Source: Octopus sinensis | Taxonomy: Eukaryota | DNA length: 64,000 nucleotides | Assembly (NCBI RefSeq): GCF_006345805.1 | Contig: NC_042999.1 | Span: 134,416,001-134,480,000 of the forward strand | Direction: 5' to 3' | Shown: positions 12,976 to 26,240 of the stretch, one piece after another | Layout of the letters: each line of letters starts with the position of its first letter | How positions within the stretch are numbered: the first letter of the stretch is position 1 | The notes under the pieces: model-generated | Told to the model about the DNA's origin: nothing | The model's input: only the letters and a program-made list of their open reading frames with translations | Databases searched by the model: none | Position numbers and translations under genes: made by a program

Positions 12976-14208
12976 GTGAAATAAATCTCGTGGTGTGCAA
13001 AACACGGAACAACGAGCGGTGCTGATGCGAGTGAAGTGAAACACAACACAGCGTGCGGTTGTTATGTTAATGCCTCATTCTCTGTTGATCGGCTAAAATT
13101 ACCCAAATTTCCCAACATAAATTCCAAATAACATCAGAGTCTTTAATTTACGAAATATAATAACTGGTTGATCGTAATCAAAATTCAGGGTTGCATCGAT
13201 GCACTAATATTGAAAGCAATCTGAGCAAAATTAAAAGGGGCTGAATTTGTGATTCAGTTTAACTAGATCCCAAGAAAGTAAGCCTTGTTAGAAATGGCAA
13301 CCAAATCACACCTCATTATTTTAAATAAAGAAAGGAACATTAGACAATTTTATGCTAGTTAAAGACCTCCTTCCGTCCCAAAGGACCATGGGATTGCACC
13401 TAGAAAGTTTCTCATATACATATATATATATTGCCTTTCACAATCTGCACTCTACTTTGATCTCTCCCTTTCTCTCTCTCTCTCTCTCTACTTCTCCTCC
13501 TCCTTTTCTCTTTTCTTGCCTCTGATTCTTTGGTCTACTCTTCCCCCACTCTATCACATTTCTCTGTCTTTCTCACTTTGCACCTCACTGATTCTGTCGC
13601 CAAGCCAATCCTTGGAACGCTCTTTTTCTTCTCCCCTCTTTAATTCCTTCTTTCTCTCTCTCTCCTTCCCCCTTTGGTGCCTTCGTCCCTCTTTTTCTCT
13701 CTCTCTCCTTGATTCCTTTGCCCCCTTTTTTTCTCTCTCTTCTCCTCTCACGTGACCGCTGGTCAACCAGCCTTTCGGCTTCTAACCAGCGCCATGAGAA
13801 CATTGTTGTCTTCGTCTGCCGAAAAAGGCATTTTTTCCCCAAATACGCCAGTTGAACTAAGTTGTACTGTCTTAGTTGTAAGACACCCGCTGTTTTTGTC
13901 CTGTTATTACTATTATTGTTTTTTGTATTTATATTCGTGTGGCATCGTCGGTTTTTCTGTCCATGTTTCGCATTCGATCCTTTTTCCAAGAAATCTAATG
14001 CTCGTAGCTTAGTTTTTCCTTGGGGCTGGCCGGATCGGAGCGATCTCAAGATTAATCAGCCGAAATTGCGAGGATGATCCGGTTCTTGACTGAAGATTGA
14101 AGGCTTCGAATGTCCCATCCGTGTTTTTTGTATCGTCTTCTAAATGTTTTACGTTCTGTCCCAGTTTGTATTTTTCTACATATATAATATATATATATAT
14201 ATAATATA

Positions 14209-14276
<68 letters not shown>

Positions 14277-15122
14277 TTGTATTTCATGATAGTGGGTTTT
14301 TTTTTTTTTTGCACGCACTTTATATATTTTCTTCGCTCGTTTCTTACTTTTCTTATTTTATTACGTTACACATCTGTGACCGCTTCAGCGACACTTTTCG
14401 TTTTCGTGTGTGTTCTTGCTCTACGTACTCCATTCTGTTATTTTAAGGTGTCTATCCTTATGTGCGCATGCGTTTGTGTTCTTGTGTGTGTGTGTGGTGT
14501 GTGTGTGTGTGTGTGTGTGTTGTGTGTGTGTGTCATAATTTTTAGCAGCAGTGTGGCCTTCCCCTGAGCAGCCCCATCCTCTCACCTCATTGTACTGCTG
14601 CTGTCCTAAGACCCGAAATATATGGTACAGTTCCTGTATTCCTCTGTGTTTGTGCGTTCGCCGACGGTGTTGCCATCGTGATGGTTGTTGTTGTTATTGC
14701 TATCATTGTCACCGCCGCTGCTGTTGTTGTTAATCGTGTTACTGACATTGTTGAGGCCGTCCGTGAAATTTCTTGTGTGTTGTGTGTGTGTATGGATTCG
14801 CTTCGTATGTTGTATGTATTCATACCCTTTATATAGAGTTATTTATTTATTTTATCTAGCTCTATATCTTATATTTATCCCAGGTGTGTAACAAATATAT
14901 TTATATATTTGTTTATTTATGCATTTATATATTTATTTTTTATACATCTATTTCTATTTCTCATAAATATCACAGTACATATATGTCTATTGTGTGTGTA
15001 TTACCCTATATGTTTCTGTGTATCATTTGGGTTTTTTATATATTTATTTTTTGCTTTCTTCTCTCTTCTCATCTTTTCTGACTTTAGTCATGTGGGGTAG
15101 TGTGGTAGTGGGTGTTATTGTT

Positions 15123-15458
15123 CTATTCGTGTTTTCTATTGAGGCTCGGTCTGTCTACTGTTATGTGCGTAGCCTCTGTGATTTGTTGTGTCGATAATAC
15201 CTTAACCTCTATGCTATTAATCGACTCTCTACGGTCTGCCTGAGTATGCTGGTGGAGCCCTGACTAGCTTTTCCCTTCTTTAAGCTCTCGCCAATGGTCA
15301 CCCACACGCTCTCCTATGCTGCATGTAGTCTCTCCAATGTAGGTAGTTATCATGTTTCTGCACCGGCCCTCAGTACATCCTAAGCTATACATTACATTCC
15401 TAACCTTAAAGTTAACCCATGGGTTCATCCTACATACAACATAATTGTACTCCGTACA
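15123..15458 (-). mobile_element. Penelope-like element, GIY-YIG endonuclease C-terminal fragment (one in-frame stop)
   Basis: Manual translation: NVMYSLGCTEGRCRNMITTYIGETTCSIGERVGDHWRELKEGKS*SGLHQH...IEVKVLS...EATHITVDRPSLNRKHE*. It carries the YIGET, ER..H, H..H, EA..I and P.LN motifs. Confidence 0.8.
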
Positions 15459-15784
15459 GGGGTACTTATCAAAGGGATATTTATATATAGAAAAGAAAAA
15501 AAATTTCCAAAGGGAATGTCATTGATCATAGGTTTGCTTGCTCATGGCTAACCTGGGGCTAATCAAAAGCAATAGCGTCGCTCTAGGAGAGTCATGGGCA
15601 ATCTGCGGCCGTGGGACTTACTGAATAGCAAACCTAACGAAAAATTACTTTCAGTTTCGTTTTTTTTTTTCAATTTTCTGTGCAGCCCGTCTGATGATGA
15701 ATCATGTCTCATGCGGTCTGTTTCCCGGATAAAGGTTACCTGTGCCTGTTTTAGATAGAGCTGACATTTAGATAGTGCTGACAT

Positions 15785-15934
15785 GACTGTGAGGTTAGGA
15801 ATCTCGCCTTGCAGTTACGCAGTTTCGGGTTCAATCTCATTGCGCGGTACCTTGGGCAAATGTTTTATACCATGGCCTAATACCTTGTATGAAAATTTGG
15901 TTGTAGATTACTGTTGAGGTCTTTCGTATGTATG

Positions 15935-15965
<31 letters not shown>

Positions 15966-16445
15966 TGTGTGTGTGTGCGTGTGTGTGTGTGAATGTATGT
16001 AAGTATGTATGCATGTACATATGTATGTATGCATGCGGGTGCGTTATGTATGTGAATCTGCTTGTGTTTGTCTTCCAACCCTAGCCCACCGTCTGACAAA
16101 AGAGGATGGTCGTGGAGGGAACGTCTGCCTACATCGTAGGTCTTGCTTGCTGTCGAATGAAACGAACCCAGTACGTACTTTTTTTAGCCTGGTACATTCT
16201 CTATCGGTCTGTTTTGCCGAACCGCTGACTGGAAGGTAAACAAATAAACACCAGTTGTCAAACCGTGATGGGAGACAAATGCACGGGCTTCTTTTAGTTT
16301 CCTTCAACCAAGACTTTGGTCGACCCGAGGTTATAGGAGAAGACACTTGCCCAAGGTGTCACGCAGTAGTACAGAACCCAGAACCCAGAACCCAGAACCA
16401 TTTTTGTTGGGAAGCAAGCTTCTTACCACACGGCTACGCCTGCGC
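15785..16445. mobile_element. Two degenerate SINE A copies in opposite orientation (+ 15785-16100, - 16140-16445)
   Basis: CCTTGGGCAAATG on plus; GAAGACACTTGCCCAAGGTGTCACGCAG on minus. Confidence 0.7.
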
Positions 16446-16971
16446 CTGTGCGGGATATACTTTATAAAGGAGATATGACTGTTAAATCTAGCAGATCAAG
16501 GTGCATGTTCTTTCGGTACTTATCCAACCTTTTACGGTGGATGTTCCCTTAGTGTTAGATAGGATGAACTCACATGAAACGCAAAATGAACTCACTTTGT
16601 CATTTAACTTCCGTTTCCTCCTCCTCCTACAGCAACAACGAGTACCACCACCACCACCACCACCACTAATACTACTACTACTACTGCTGCTGCTGCTCAT
16701 GCCACTTCTTCACACACTAACTATAGTTTGTCTCATGATCGTTTATAATGGTTTATCTATGCAAACGATCGTTTTACCTCTCCGTCTCTCCACCCATTTA
16801 GCCGTCTACCAGTCTTAACCAGTTCGTGCAATCGTCTTGATCCTCTCTGTCTTTCTTCTCTCTCTCTCTCTTTCTTTCTTTCTCTCTTTCCCCCACTCTC
16901 TCTCTACTTCTGACTGAGTGTGTCTACGTGTGTGTGTGTATGTGTATGTATGTGTGTGTGCGTGTGTGTGT

Positions 16972-17002
<31 letters not shown>

Positions 17003-17394
17003 GTGTGCGTCTCGACTGTTAGACCTCCCACCAATGTCAACACTTACATTCACTACATGAGACATGACATCTACTGATGACATAGATAAACCAACCACAC
17101 TATTAATGCCAACTGATTTGTCAGACAGATATCCTCTGGGTTCTAGCGGCTTACGGTGGAGGCAGTAGCAGCGGTGACGTTGGTTGTTGTTGTTGTGGTG
17201 GTGGTGGTGGTGGTGGTGGTGGTGGAGAAGGTGGTGGTGGTGGTGGTGGTGGTGGTGGTGGCGGCGGCGGATGCGCTGTTAAGCTCCGGGACTTGTTGGT
17301 GATGGTGGCGATAATGTTAATGACGGGTTTGATTGTTGGTGTTGATGTTAGTGGTGATAATGATAGTGGTGATGATGATGATGTTGTTGATGTC

Positions 17395-17625
17395 GCTTAG
17401 CTCTGGGTTAGTAATGATCAAGCAGACGTACGATCAAAAGCATTCCAGTTGTGGCCATCCCATCTTATTAATTTCGGACACACAGTCTTAGGGGAAAATT
17501 CCAAACTCTCCCTCACTCCAATCTTTCGTCTTTTTTGCAAGACGGCATCGTGTCGATTGAGGAGAAAAACTTTGCCTGCTATTTCTAACAGGTCGAGCAT
17601 CCAGATGGAGGCTACTTCTTAGATT
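17395..17625 (-). mobile_element. Dispersed short repeat family (fragments also at ~9345, 9635, 11815-11995, 15515)
   Basis: Shared AGAAATAGCAGCCAAA and CTGGAATGCxTTTGATC...GTCTGCT...GCTAA blocks across these positions; class not determined. Confidence 0.5.
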
Positions 17626-18630
17626 CGTTGATGTTTGTGAAAATATGTGATAAACGATTGAAACAATATTAGTTTAAAACTATAACCTGTGTATCATACT
17701 TAAAGCAATTACATCAGTAATTAACTGCTGTATGCGTCTTGAGCAAGTATTTTTGTATACGTACAGTGTTAAATAACAAAAATATAACAGCAGCTGACAA
17801 TAATTGTCCAGCATTAGTATCAGCATTGCTGGATGTGCAATTCTGCCTCGTTGCGCTTCGCCAGTATAATGTATCCACTGGCAACCGCATGCTATGACAA
17901 AATCCCTCGTTACTGACTCAGTGACTGAGGAATCACTGATGTTGCAATTAGCGTTGTTACTTGTGTTTATTGTGGCGGTAGTGTTCGAGTTATTGATAGT
18001 GATGGTAACGACGGTTTTGCTATGTCCACATCACTCCCTGATGAAGCACATTTATACGCAAAGATGTTCCAACCGTGACGATCTCGTAAAATGAGTTTCA
18101 GACAAAAATAAAGTCTTCATCTTATGCAACTTTTTCTTTCTTTCTTTTTTCTTTTTTTTTTTTTTACTGATAGAGCTCCTCCTTCTTGATTTGTACTTCA
18201 CCATGTATGTCAGTGCCTCTGGTGGCTGAAAAGATGGAGTTTTTGGTGGCATCTGTCCCAACAATCAATATACTTGCAATCCACCAGTCTGGAATGACAC
18301 TTTTTATCACCCTTTTAAACGATAAAAGACGAAACTTACCTTGACTCAATTTGAACTAAGGGCAAAGCGATTTGGAAAGAATACAGCAAGGCTTTTTATC
18401 CGATTCTCTAATGATTCTGCCAATTCGCCGTAAATGTGTAACTAATGTGGGTTCGATGGGTTCAAAGACAATGCACTTTGGCTTCCATATGTGTGTATAA
18501 TACACACATCCATCTACATACAAATGCTGATTAGATGGGCCAATGGTGGATTCCTTTTTATAATGGAACACGCCTCACTCAAAATCTTGGCTACACAAAG
18601 GCGTGCGGAAGCTTATGTTTATGCGGACTA

Positions 18631-19490
18631 CAGGGTGCTCGGGCTAAATTTGATGATTTCTTAATGTCTTCGTTTCTCAGAAACAACTCGACGTATTGGT
18701 GAACAGTCATCGGCGTTGGAGAGCATAAAGATTATTAAAGTTGCAGTTGAGAATAAATTGGCTGACATAGAGGACTGGAAGCCAGCTGTATACTTTGATG
18801 CTCGCACCGAGTAGCAAATTGCCATCATCATAACTGCTGCTCAATGCTCTGTGAACACTGTAAAGTCTGTAAGACGTGACATGAACATCATTAAAACCAA
18901 GTTCCCCTAAACTGTGGTGGTCTTTGAGGGTGTTTCCAGTTAGGGTGACGTCATGCAACCCATATGTTTGAACGGGATCATAGATAGACTCGATTCAGAT
19001 ACTTATTGAAACTGTGGTCAAGTCCTAGGTAGAGAGGGCTGCTGCTAGAAGGCCATATGTGTGGCAGTAGGATTCGATTCCTTGCTGTACCTACGGAAAG
19101 AGTCAGAAGTGAATGTCAGAGAATTTCTACGACCTCACCAGCCCCAATTTCTGGCCACCTAATTGTAATTGTAATCTCATGGATAACAAACGTGGGGTGC
19201 AGTTGAGAAAAACACCAACCATCCTTCCTGCACCACCAAGGTCAAGCTGTTGGTCAAGATCAAAGAGATGTTCGAAGAGCTTTCCAGGGATACAGTGAGG
19301 GATGCATGCATCAAGTCTCGGAGCTATCATGTGACCGTGGTGGAGAATGAGGGCGGCTACTTTGAGTATACTGTCAACTCCCAACCATATCTTTTTGGTA
19401 TTTTTTGATTTTTAAAAAATACTTTTATTCTTGGATGGAATAATGTGTTTCCTTTCTCTTTTATGCAGACTGTAAAATTTAACCCGATAT
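18631..19490 (+). mobile_element. Internally deleted Tc1/mariner-superfamily element (maT/DD37D-like)
   Basis: Decayed KTKFP*TVVVFEGVSS*GDVMQP...ETVVKS...RPYVWQ*DS...SENFYDLTSPNFWPPN...VENEGGYFE. Degenerate TIRs TA|CAGGGTGCTCGGGCTAAATTT and AAATTTAACCCGATA. Confidence 0.7.
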
Positions 19491-19668
19491 ATATATATAA
19501 TATACAGTAGTATATAGTATATAAAAGAGATTACAATCCGAATTGTTCCCTCAGGAAGCACCTTTGTGAATTCCGGCTATCAATTGTATGTATGTTTCAT
19601 GTTTAAAGAGAAATTTATACATGGAAGTTAAAATTCTTTATTAAGTATGTTAGTCGAATGCGTGTTTG

Positions 19669-19702
<34 letters not shown>

Positions 19703-19764
19703 GTGTGTGTGTGTGTGTGGTGTGTGTGTGTGTGTGCGTATATGCGTATGTGTGTGTGTGTATG

Positions 19765-19796
<32 letters not shown>

Positions 19797-20299
19797 ATCC
19801 AAATGATAAGAGCGCAAAGAAAATTCTTTAACACATCTTTAATGATTCCATAGAATTGTTTCTGTACCAACTTTATTTGCAACGCCAATTTACGCAAAAT
19901 TTCGAAGTGAAAATTTACGTAATGTTTGCGGTTTTAGACATTAGAGAGGCACTTCGTCGACTTGCATCAAAGGTGTGCTACTCTTCACCAAACCCACTCT
20001 AGGGTGTGATCGTCGTGAAACTTGAGGAGAGACATTCTCTTTTAGTGCCTTATTATTTAGCATACACACCGGTAAAGTTTCCACTCATTTATTTATTTTT
20101 CCTAAAATTTTCATTGTGTCCTGCAACCTTTTCAATAGTCGTTGACTCTGTCCGTTATCCGAGCTGCGTTCTCTTTGTTTGAATGTATGTATGTATGTAT
20201 GTATGTATGTATGTATGTATGTATGTATGTATGTATGTATGTATGTTTGCATGCATGTAAGTGTGTGTATGCATGCATGTATGTGTGTGTGCGTATGTT

Positions 20300-20853
20300 A
20301 GATGCATATCATCATCTGGAAAAGAGTTTCTAACTAGAAAGGGTATGGCCTGGTCAGCCTGTAATGACATGCATAAGATCTGGTCATCAAATCTAAGTAG
20401 ATACTTCAAACTTGAAATCTTCAAATCCACAGTCGAACCAATTCTACTATATGGCTCAGAAACCTGGACATTATCAAAGAAACTTGAGAGGCGGTTGGAT
20501 GGAACTTACACTCGCCTCCTTATGAGAGCTCAAAATCTCTCGTGGAAGTGTCATCCAACCAAAGTACAAATATATGGGAAACTACCACCTGTGTCATCTC
20601 TTGTGAAAGGTAGGGGAGTGCAGTTTGCTGGACATTGTTGTAGAGCTGAAAACGAGGCAATTTCTACTCTTCTCCTCTGGAAGCCATCTACTCGCAATAC
20701 CAGAGGGCGCACAGTCTCCTACCCTGATGTAATCTCCAGGAATACAGGCATCCAGCAATCGGACCTCCGTAATGTTATGATGGACCGTGAAGTCTGGCGT
20801 AGCATGGTAAATTCCATTGTCTCGACCACGGTCGAACAATGATGATGATGATA
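20300..20853 (+). mobile_element. 5'-truncated RTE-clade LINE 3' end
   Basis: ORF to 20842 with EPILLYGSETWTL, RLDGTYTRLL, QFAGHCCR and MMDREVWR, followed directly by a (GAT)n tail. Confidence 0.9.
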
Positions 20854-21682
20854 TGCGTATGTATATATGTATATATGTATGTATGTGTGTACGTTTGTAT
20901 GAATGTATTATGCATATTCATGAGTTTGTGTTTGTGTGTGTGTACCTCTGTCCTCTTGTGTGTGCATGTCTGACACAGTTCCGGTTCTTTGATGGAACCG
21001 CTTCATAGTTTTCAAATTAATAGCCGACCAATTACAGGACTGACCATAACCACTGCACACAACGAACCCGAACACCGTACTTTGGTCACCACCTGGTGCC
21101 ATACTCTCTTTAGTACCAACTGACATCCTACATATAAACTTCCACCTCTGAAACACATACCATACTTTCAAACCATACTTTGAAACCCACCCCTGTAAAC
21201 ACATACATAACGTGTATTTATATGTAAACAAAATAAGTACCACTGCCTAAATTTACCCTTCCTAAAAAAAACTCATCCTTAGAACGAATATACCTACCTA
21301 CCCACCACTGGACAAAATAGCATGAATCTTGGAAGGCAACACTTGAAGTCTATGACTTATTTCTCTTTCCTATACCTAAACCATTTTACTAAATTTTACT
21401 CCTCTCACAAATTCTTTGTTGACCAGTGTTATTCTTATCGTAGATTACAAATCCAAACATGGAAACGCTACTCAACTTTGGAGTTTTGGAAATAGATGCC
21501 CTCTTTTCACGAGCACACACACATCACATACATGCACTTATATATTAATGATGTACACAAATACATGACAGGTATACATAATTCTGAAATACGCATAAAG
21601 TAAACACATGCAGACAAATATATTAATATAGCAAATTTTTTTAAGATGATAAAAAATACAATCAATGAAGAGACAAAAGAAA

Positions 21683-21979
21683 TAGTAAGGTGATACATGT
21701 TGATTTTATTGGGTATTTCTGTTTATTTAGAAGCCTAAATTATAAATTACACAGGGTACAACCTTAAAGTTGACACCGCTCCGCTAAACTCAAAAAAGTT
21801 CTGTCTCGCTATTGGCTAAAAATACACAGTGTTTTCAAATTTTAAACCACTGTAACATTTTACTCCAATTTTTTTTTCTCCTCATCATATCTTCAAAGCA
21901 ATAAGACTGGAAGGCTACATTGTTATAGCCGATTTTCAGATTGTTTACTTCCTTTTAAAAAATGCATATTTTGCGAATA
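21683..21979 (-). mobile_element. Inverted second copy of the 12038-12340 arm
   Basis: Reverse complement aligns over ~300 bp (e.g. TGCATTTTTTAAAAGGAAGT, TTAGCCAATAGCGAGACAGAA, TAAGGTTGTACCCTGTG). Confidence 0.75.
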
Positions 21980-22089
21980 AAAAAACTAGATCCAGAATAA
22001 ATCCTGTGGTCGATTTCTTCGACCAACAGCAGTGCTCCAGCATGGCCGCAATCACATGACTGGAACAAGTAGAACAATAAAAAAAACTA

Positions 22090-22129
22090 TGCCATTTTTA
22101 TCCCGAGCAAAGCCGGGTATCTCTGCTAG
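22090..22129 (+). mobile_element. Helitron-like 3' terminus
   Basis: GC-rich hairpin CCCGAGCAAAGCCGGG, 9 nt, then CTAG|T. Confidence 0.55.
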
Positions 22130-22358
22130 TATACATATAAATGTCTGTCATATTAGTAGAAGATAGGGGTCTCGAGTCTACGGGCAGTCTTCTACTTTTT
22201 TTTAGTCAATGCTTAGCCCACTATTTAAACGTTAATATTTATAGCTTCATCTACTTCGAATTCCACTGTAAAAAAAAAACGAATTTTTTCATGTTTCTCG
22301 AAGCTTCTAAATTGACACGAGCAATATATATATATGTTTATACATATATTGTTTATAC

Positions 22359-22364
<6 letters not shown>

Positions 22365-22443
<79 letters not shown>

Positions 22444-22460
22444 GTGTGTGTGTGTGTATG
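22365..22460. repeat. (GT)n microsatellite
   Basis: Direct reading. Confidence 0.95.
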
Positions 22461-23098
22461 TGTGAGTGTTTGTGCGTGTGATTTTGTGCGTGCCGTGTAT
22501 GTATAAATACGCAATACGGAAACATGTATGTGTTCGTATGTGCGGTTGTGTTTGCGCGCGCGCGCGCGTGTGGTGTGTGTGTGTGTGTGTGTGTCTGTGG
22601 TGTGTATGTATTTGTGTGTAATTAGATAAGAGATACCCATGTGATTCATAATATGCATCTTAATTCATCTAGACACGAACTTTTTTTTTTACTAAATGTG
22701 TCATTTTATATTTCTTATAGTATTTTTTTTGCTCAATCCGTTATGTAACATGAAACTCGGAGTTTGGAATAAATAACAGTAAAGCTTTACATTTATTTAA
22801 TTTAATTCTATGCTAATAGATTATTCTATTTTTGTTTGTAGTAACACCTACGTCTGTCCATCAATCAATCGCTCTCCACATTCTCTCTCTCTCTCTCTTG
22901 TGCGCGTGAACTATAAATGAGTGTGTATGTATATTTATTTCTGTGTCTGTGTATGTGTGTATACATGTATGAATGTATAAATGCACCTCTATATATATAT
23001 GTATATATGTATGTAGGTATGTACGGGCGTACGTATATACGTATAAAAAAAAAGAAAATATAAATGACTTCTTTTTAAATAACAGCTTTCCTTTAAAA

Positions 23099-23360
23099 CA
23101 GGGGTTCCCAACTTTTTCGGGTTGCCGCCCCCTTGGTACTCAGGTCATTTTTCGTGCACCCTCGCCAACCACACTCCCACCTACCTCCCACCACAAACAG
23201 AGACCACTTTCTGCAGCAAATTCAAGACAACTATATTTCACAAATAAAACTCAACCTAATTAGCCCATTATGTTGCTATTTTTACACCCTATTACTCCCC
23301 TTTGGTTATCCCACTATCCCATTTTGGCCACCCCATTATCGCCCGCTTAGGGAACCGCTG
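23099..23360. mobile_element. hAT-type MITE with 8-bp TSD
   Basis: TIRs CAGGGGTTCCCAA / TTAGGGAACCGCTG; flanks CTTTAAAA (23091-98) and CCTTAAAA (23361-68). Confidence 0.8.
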
Positions 23361-23486
23361 CCTTAAAACAGCACACCAATTAGGGGACGAATGCTTCTTA
23401 ACAGAAAAAGTCACACCGCTACGCTGTGCCAATTTTCGTTTTTTTCTTTTTTTCAACAAAGTTACCAAGAAAAAATTAAGTTCACA

Positions 23487-23692
23487 TACTCTTTTACTTG
23501 TTTCAGTCATTTGACTGCGGCCATGCTGGAGCACCGCCTTTATTCGAGCAAATCGACTTCAGGACTTATTCTTTGTAAGCCTAGTATTTATTCTATCAGT
23601 CTCTTTTGCCGAACCGCTAGCTAATTACAGGGATGTAGACACACCAGCATCGGTTGTCAAGCGATGTTGGTGGGGGGACAAACACAGACAAA

Positions 23693-23766
<74 letters not shown>

Positions 23767-23930
23767 CGACGGGCTTCTTTCAGTTTCCGTCTACCAAATC
23801 CATTCACAAGGCTTTGGTCGGCCCGAGGCCGTAGTAGAAGACACATGTCCAAGGTGCCACGCAGTGGGACTGAACCCGGAACCATGTGGTTGGTTAGCAA
23901 GCTACTTACTACACAGCCGCTCCTGCGCCT
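23487..23930 (-). mobile_element. SINE family A, full-length
   Basis: All family A blocks present; head CACAGCCGCTCCTGCGCCT on plus. Confidence 0.9.
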
Positions 23931-23954
23931 TTTTCACTTCACTTACATTTTTTT

Positions 23955-24162
23955 ATTTCAAATTTTGGCACAAGACCAGCAACATATGGAGAGGGGCTAA
24001 GTTAATTACGTCTATTCCAGTGTTCAACTGGTACTTATTTTATCGATCCCGAAAGGATGAAAGGCAAAGGCGACCCTGGCGGATTTTGAACTCAGAACGT
24101 AAAAGTAGACGAAATGCCTCTAAGTTTTTTTCCCGGCGTGCCAACAGTTCTGCCAGCTCGTT
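23955..24162 (-). mobile_element. SINE family B
   Basis: CGATCCCGAAAGGATGAAAGGCAAAGGCGACC...TTTGAACTCAGAAC...TCTGCCAGCTCG. Confidence 0.8.
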
Positions 24163-25325
24163 ACTACTACTACTACTAATAATAATGACATAGACACAAG
24201 GATTGAAATTTGCGTGAGTCAATAATTGATTAAATTTACTTCATTACTTGACTAATACGTTAATTCATCGACCCAGGAGAGATGAAACATAAAGTCTACT
24301 CCAGCGGCATTTGAACACAGAACAAAAAGAGTTGCAAAAATACTACAAGGGAAGTTGTCCGTTGATTATATTCCCTTATATAACGTACAATTTTATCTCG
24401 TACGGAAGAATGAGGGAGAAAGCGGTCCTCATTGATCACATGGGAATCAAGTTTGCTTTTCTCTATTTGGGATCGAGATCATGATGCTAGTTAACTACGA
24501 GGGACTGTGATAGCAATTATATTTGTAAATCAAAATTGTGAACTTAGGCTAAAATTAAAATACTCCATTATCATCATCATCAACATCATCAACATCGACA
24601 TCATCAACACTACCAACATCATCATCATCACCATTATCATCATTTCTATTCCCCTCCCCTTCCTTCTCTTCTTCCTGCTCCTCCTCCTCACCCTCCTTAT
24701 CATCACTACCAAGACCGCCACCATCATCACGTTTGTTACCATCATCATTACCATCATCATCATCCTTATCGTTACTCTTGCCCTCCCCACGTCCCCACCA
24801 CTTTCTCTTCCTTCTCTTCTTCTTCCTCCTCGTCATCATCATCATCATTCCTCGTCTCCTATTTCTCCTCCTCCTCCTCATCATCATCATCACCATCATC
24901 ATCGTTATCACCAACATCATTCTTTTTTTTTTTTCTCTCCCTTTTATTAAACGTGAGGCAGATGTTTGGCCTGAGGGTCTGAAGCTCTCATCTCGCACAG
25001 AAGACAAATAGTTCTGTCTTGACAACTTGACGTTATAAAGATAAAACTGTCAAAAGAATACATTTCACAAGATTTATCAAACATTATACGCATTAACCGA
25101 ACGTTTTGCCAAAAATTGCTCACCGATGTTAAGCTGCATTCGACTACTTTCGACTATTTTCGCCAGCGTTCGCTAGTGTGCGCTCGTTTCTATATACAGA
25201 CATAATGATTTCATTAGCATGAATTAGAGAAGATGTACAAAATTTCGAACACTATTTCACGTTTATATTTCGATTTTTAACAATAAGTTAAATTCTATAA
25301 TTTTCTTAGGGTTTTTTTTAACTAA

Positions 25326-25460
25326 TAGGCGCAGGCGTGGCTGTGTGGTAACAGGCTTGCCCCCAGCCTAATGGGAAAGGTACAACTATGGCTCCGGGCC
25401 GACCAAAGTCTTGTGAGTGGATTTGGTAGACGGAAACTAAAATAAGCCCATTATGTGTGT

Positions 25461-25499
<39 letters not shown>

Positions 25500-26172
25500 A
25501 CCTTGTACCACTTGACAACCGGTGGTATCGTATTTATGTCCCCGTAACTTAGCGGGTCGGTGATAGAGGCCGATGGTATAAGTACCAGGCTTAACAAAAG
25601 TAAGTACTGGGGCCGATTCATTCGACTAAAGAATTCTTCAACGCGGTGCCCCAGAATGGCCGCAGTCTAATGACTTAAACAAAGTAAAGGGTAAAAGGTA
25701 CAAGGTAAGAAATAATATAGGCGCAGTCCACGTGGACTTGGGTTCAGTTCCACTGCATGACATCTTGGACAAATGTCTTCTACTCCGACCCAAAGCCTTG
25801 GGAGTTGGGTTGGTAGATGGAAACTGAAAGAAACCTGGATATATGCATACATAAAAACACACGCGCACACGTGTGTGTGTGCGTGAGTGTGTGTGTGTGT
25901 ATGTGTATGTGTGTATGAGTGTGTGTGTGTGTGTGTGAGCATGTGTGTGTGCGCGCGTGTGTGTGTGTGAGTGTCTTCCTACCACTACTGCTTTACAGCC
26001 AGTGCTGCTTTGATTACGTCCCCTGTAACTTAGCGGTTCGGCAAAAGACAAAGGTACAATAAGTACCAGACCTAAAATAATTACTGAGTTCAATTTGTTC
26101 GAGTAAAACCCTTGAAAGTGGTGCCCCTTCAAGGTCGCAGTCTAATGAGTGAAACAAGTAAAAAATAAAAGA
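25326..26172 (+). mobile_element. Two tandem SINE A copies (25326-25700, 25719-26172)
   Basis: Two TAGGCGCAG starts, each followed by the GGATTTGGTAGA-type block, microsatellite and GCAGTCTAATGA..AAACAA tail. Confidence 0.8.
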
Positions 26173-26240
26173 CAAAATTTCAGCATGTGACTTTTTTTTT
26201 TTCACCCGACCCACACTTTTTGCTGTTATTGAACAGTTAT

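Noticed and set aside
16600-17400. Poly-Pro/Gly/His-like frames suggesting a low-complexity exon
   Set aside because: Mixed trinucleotide repeats with stops in the frames checked and no convincing splice-site pair.
18130-18345. Minus-strand segment ending in a poly(A)-like tract, with a GTAAGT donor-like site at ~18340
   Set aside because: No recognisable product, TSD, polyadenylation signal or matching exon, so neither a retrocopy nor an exon can be supported.
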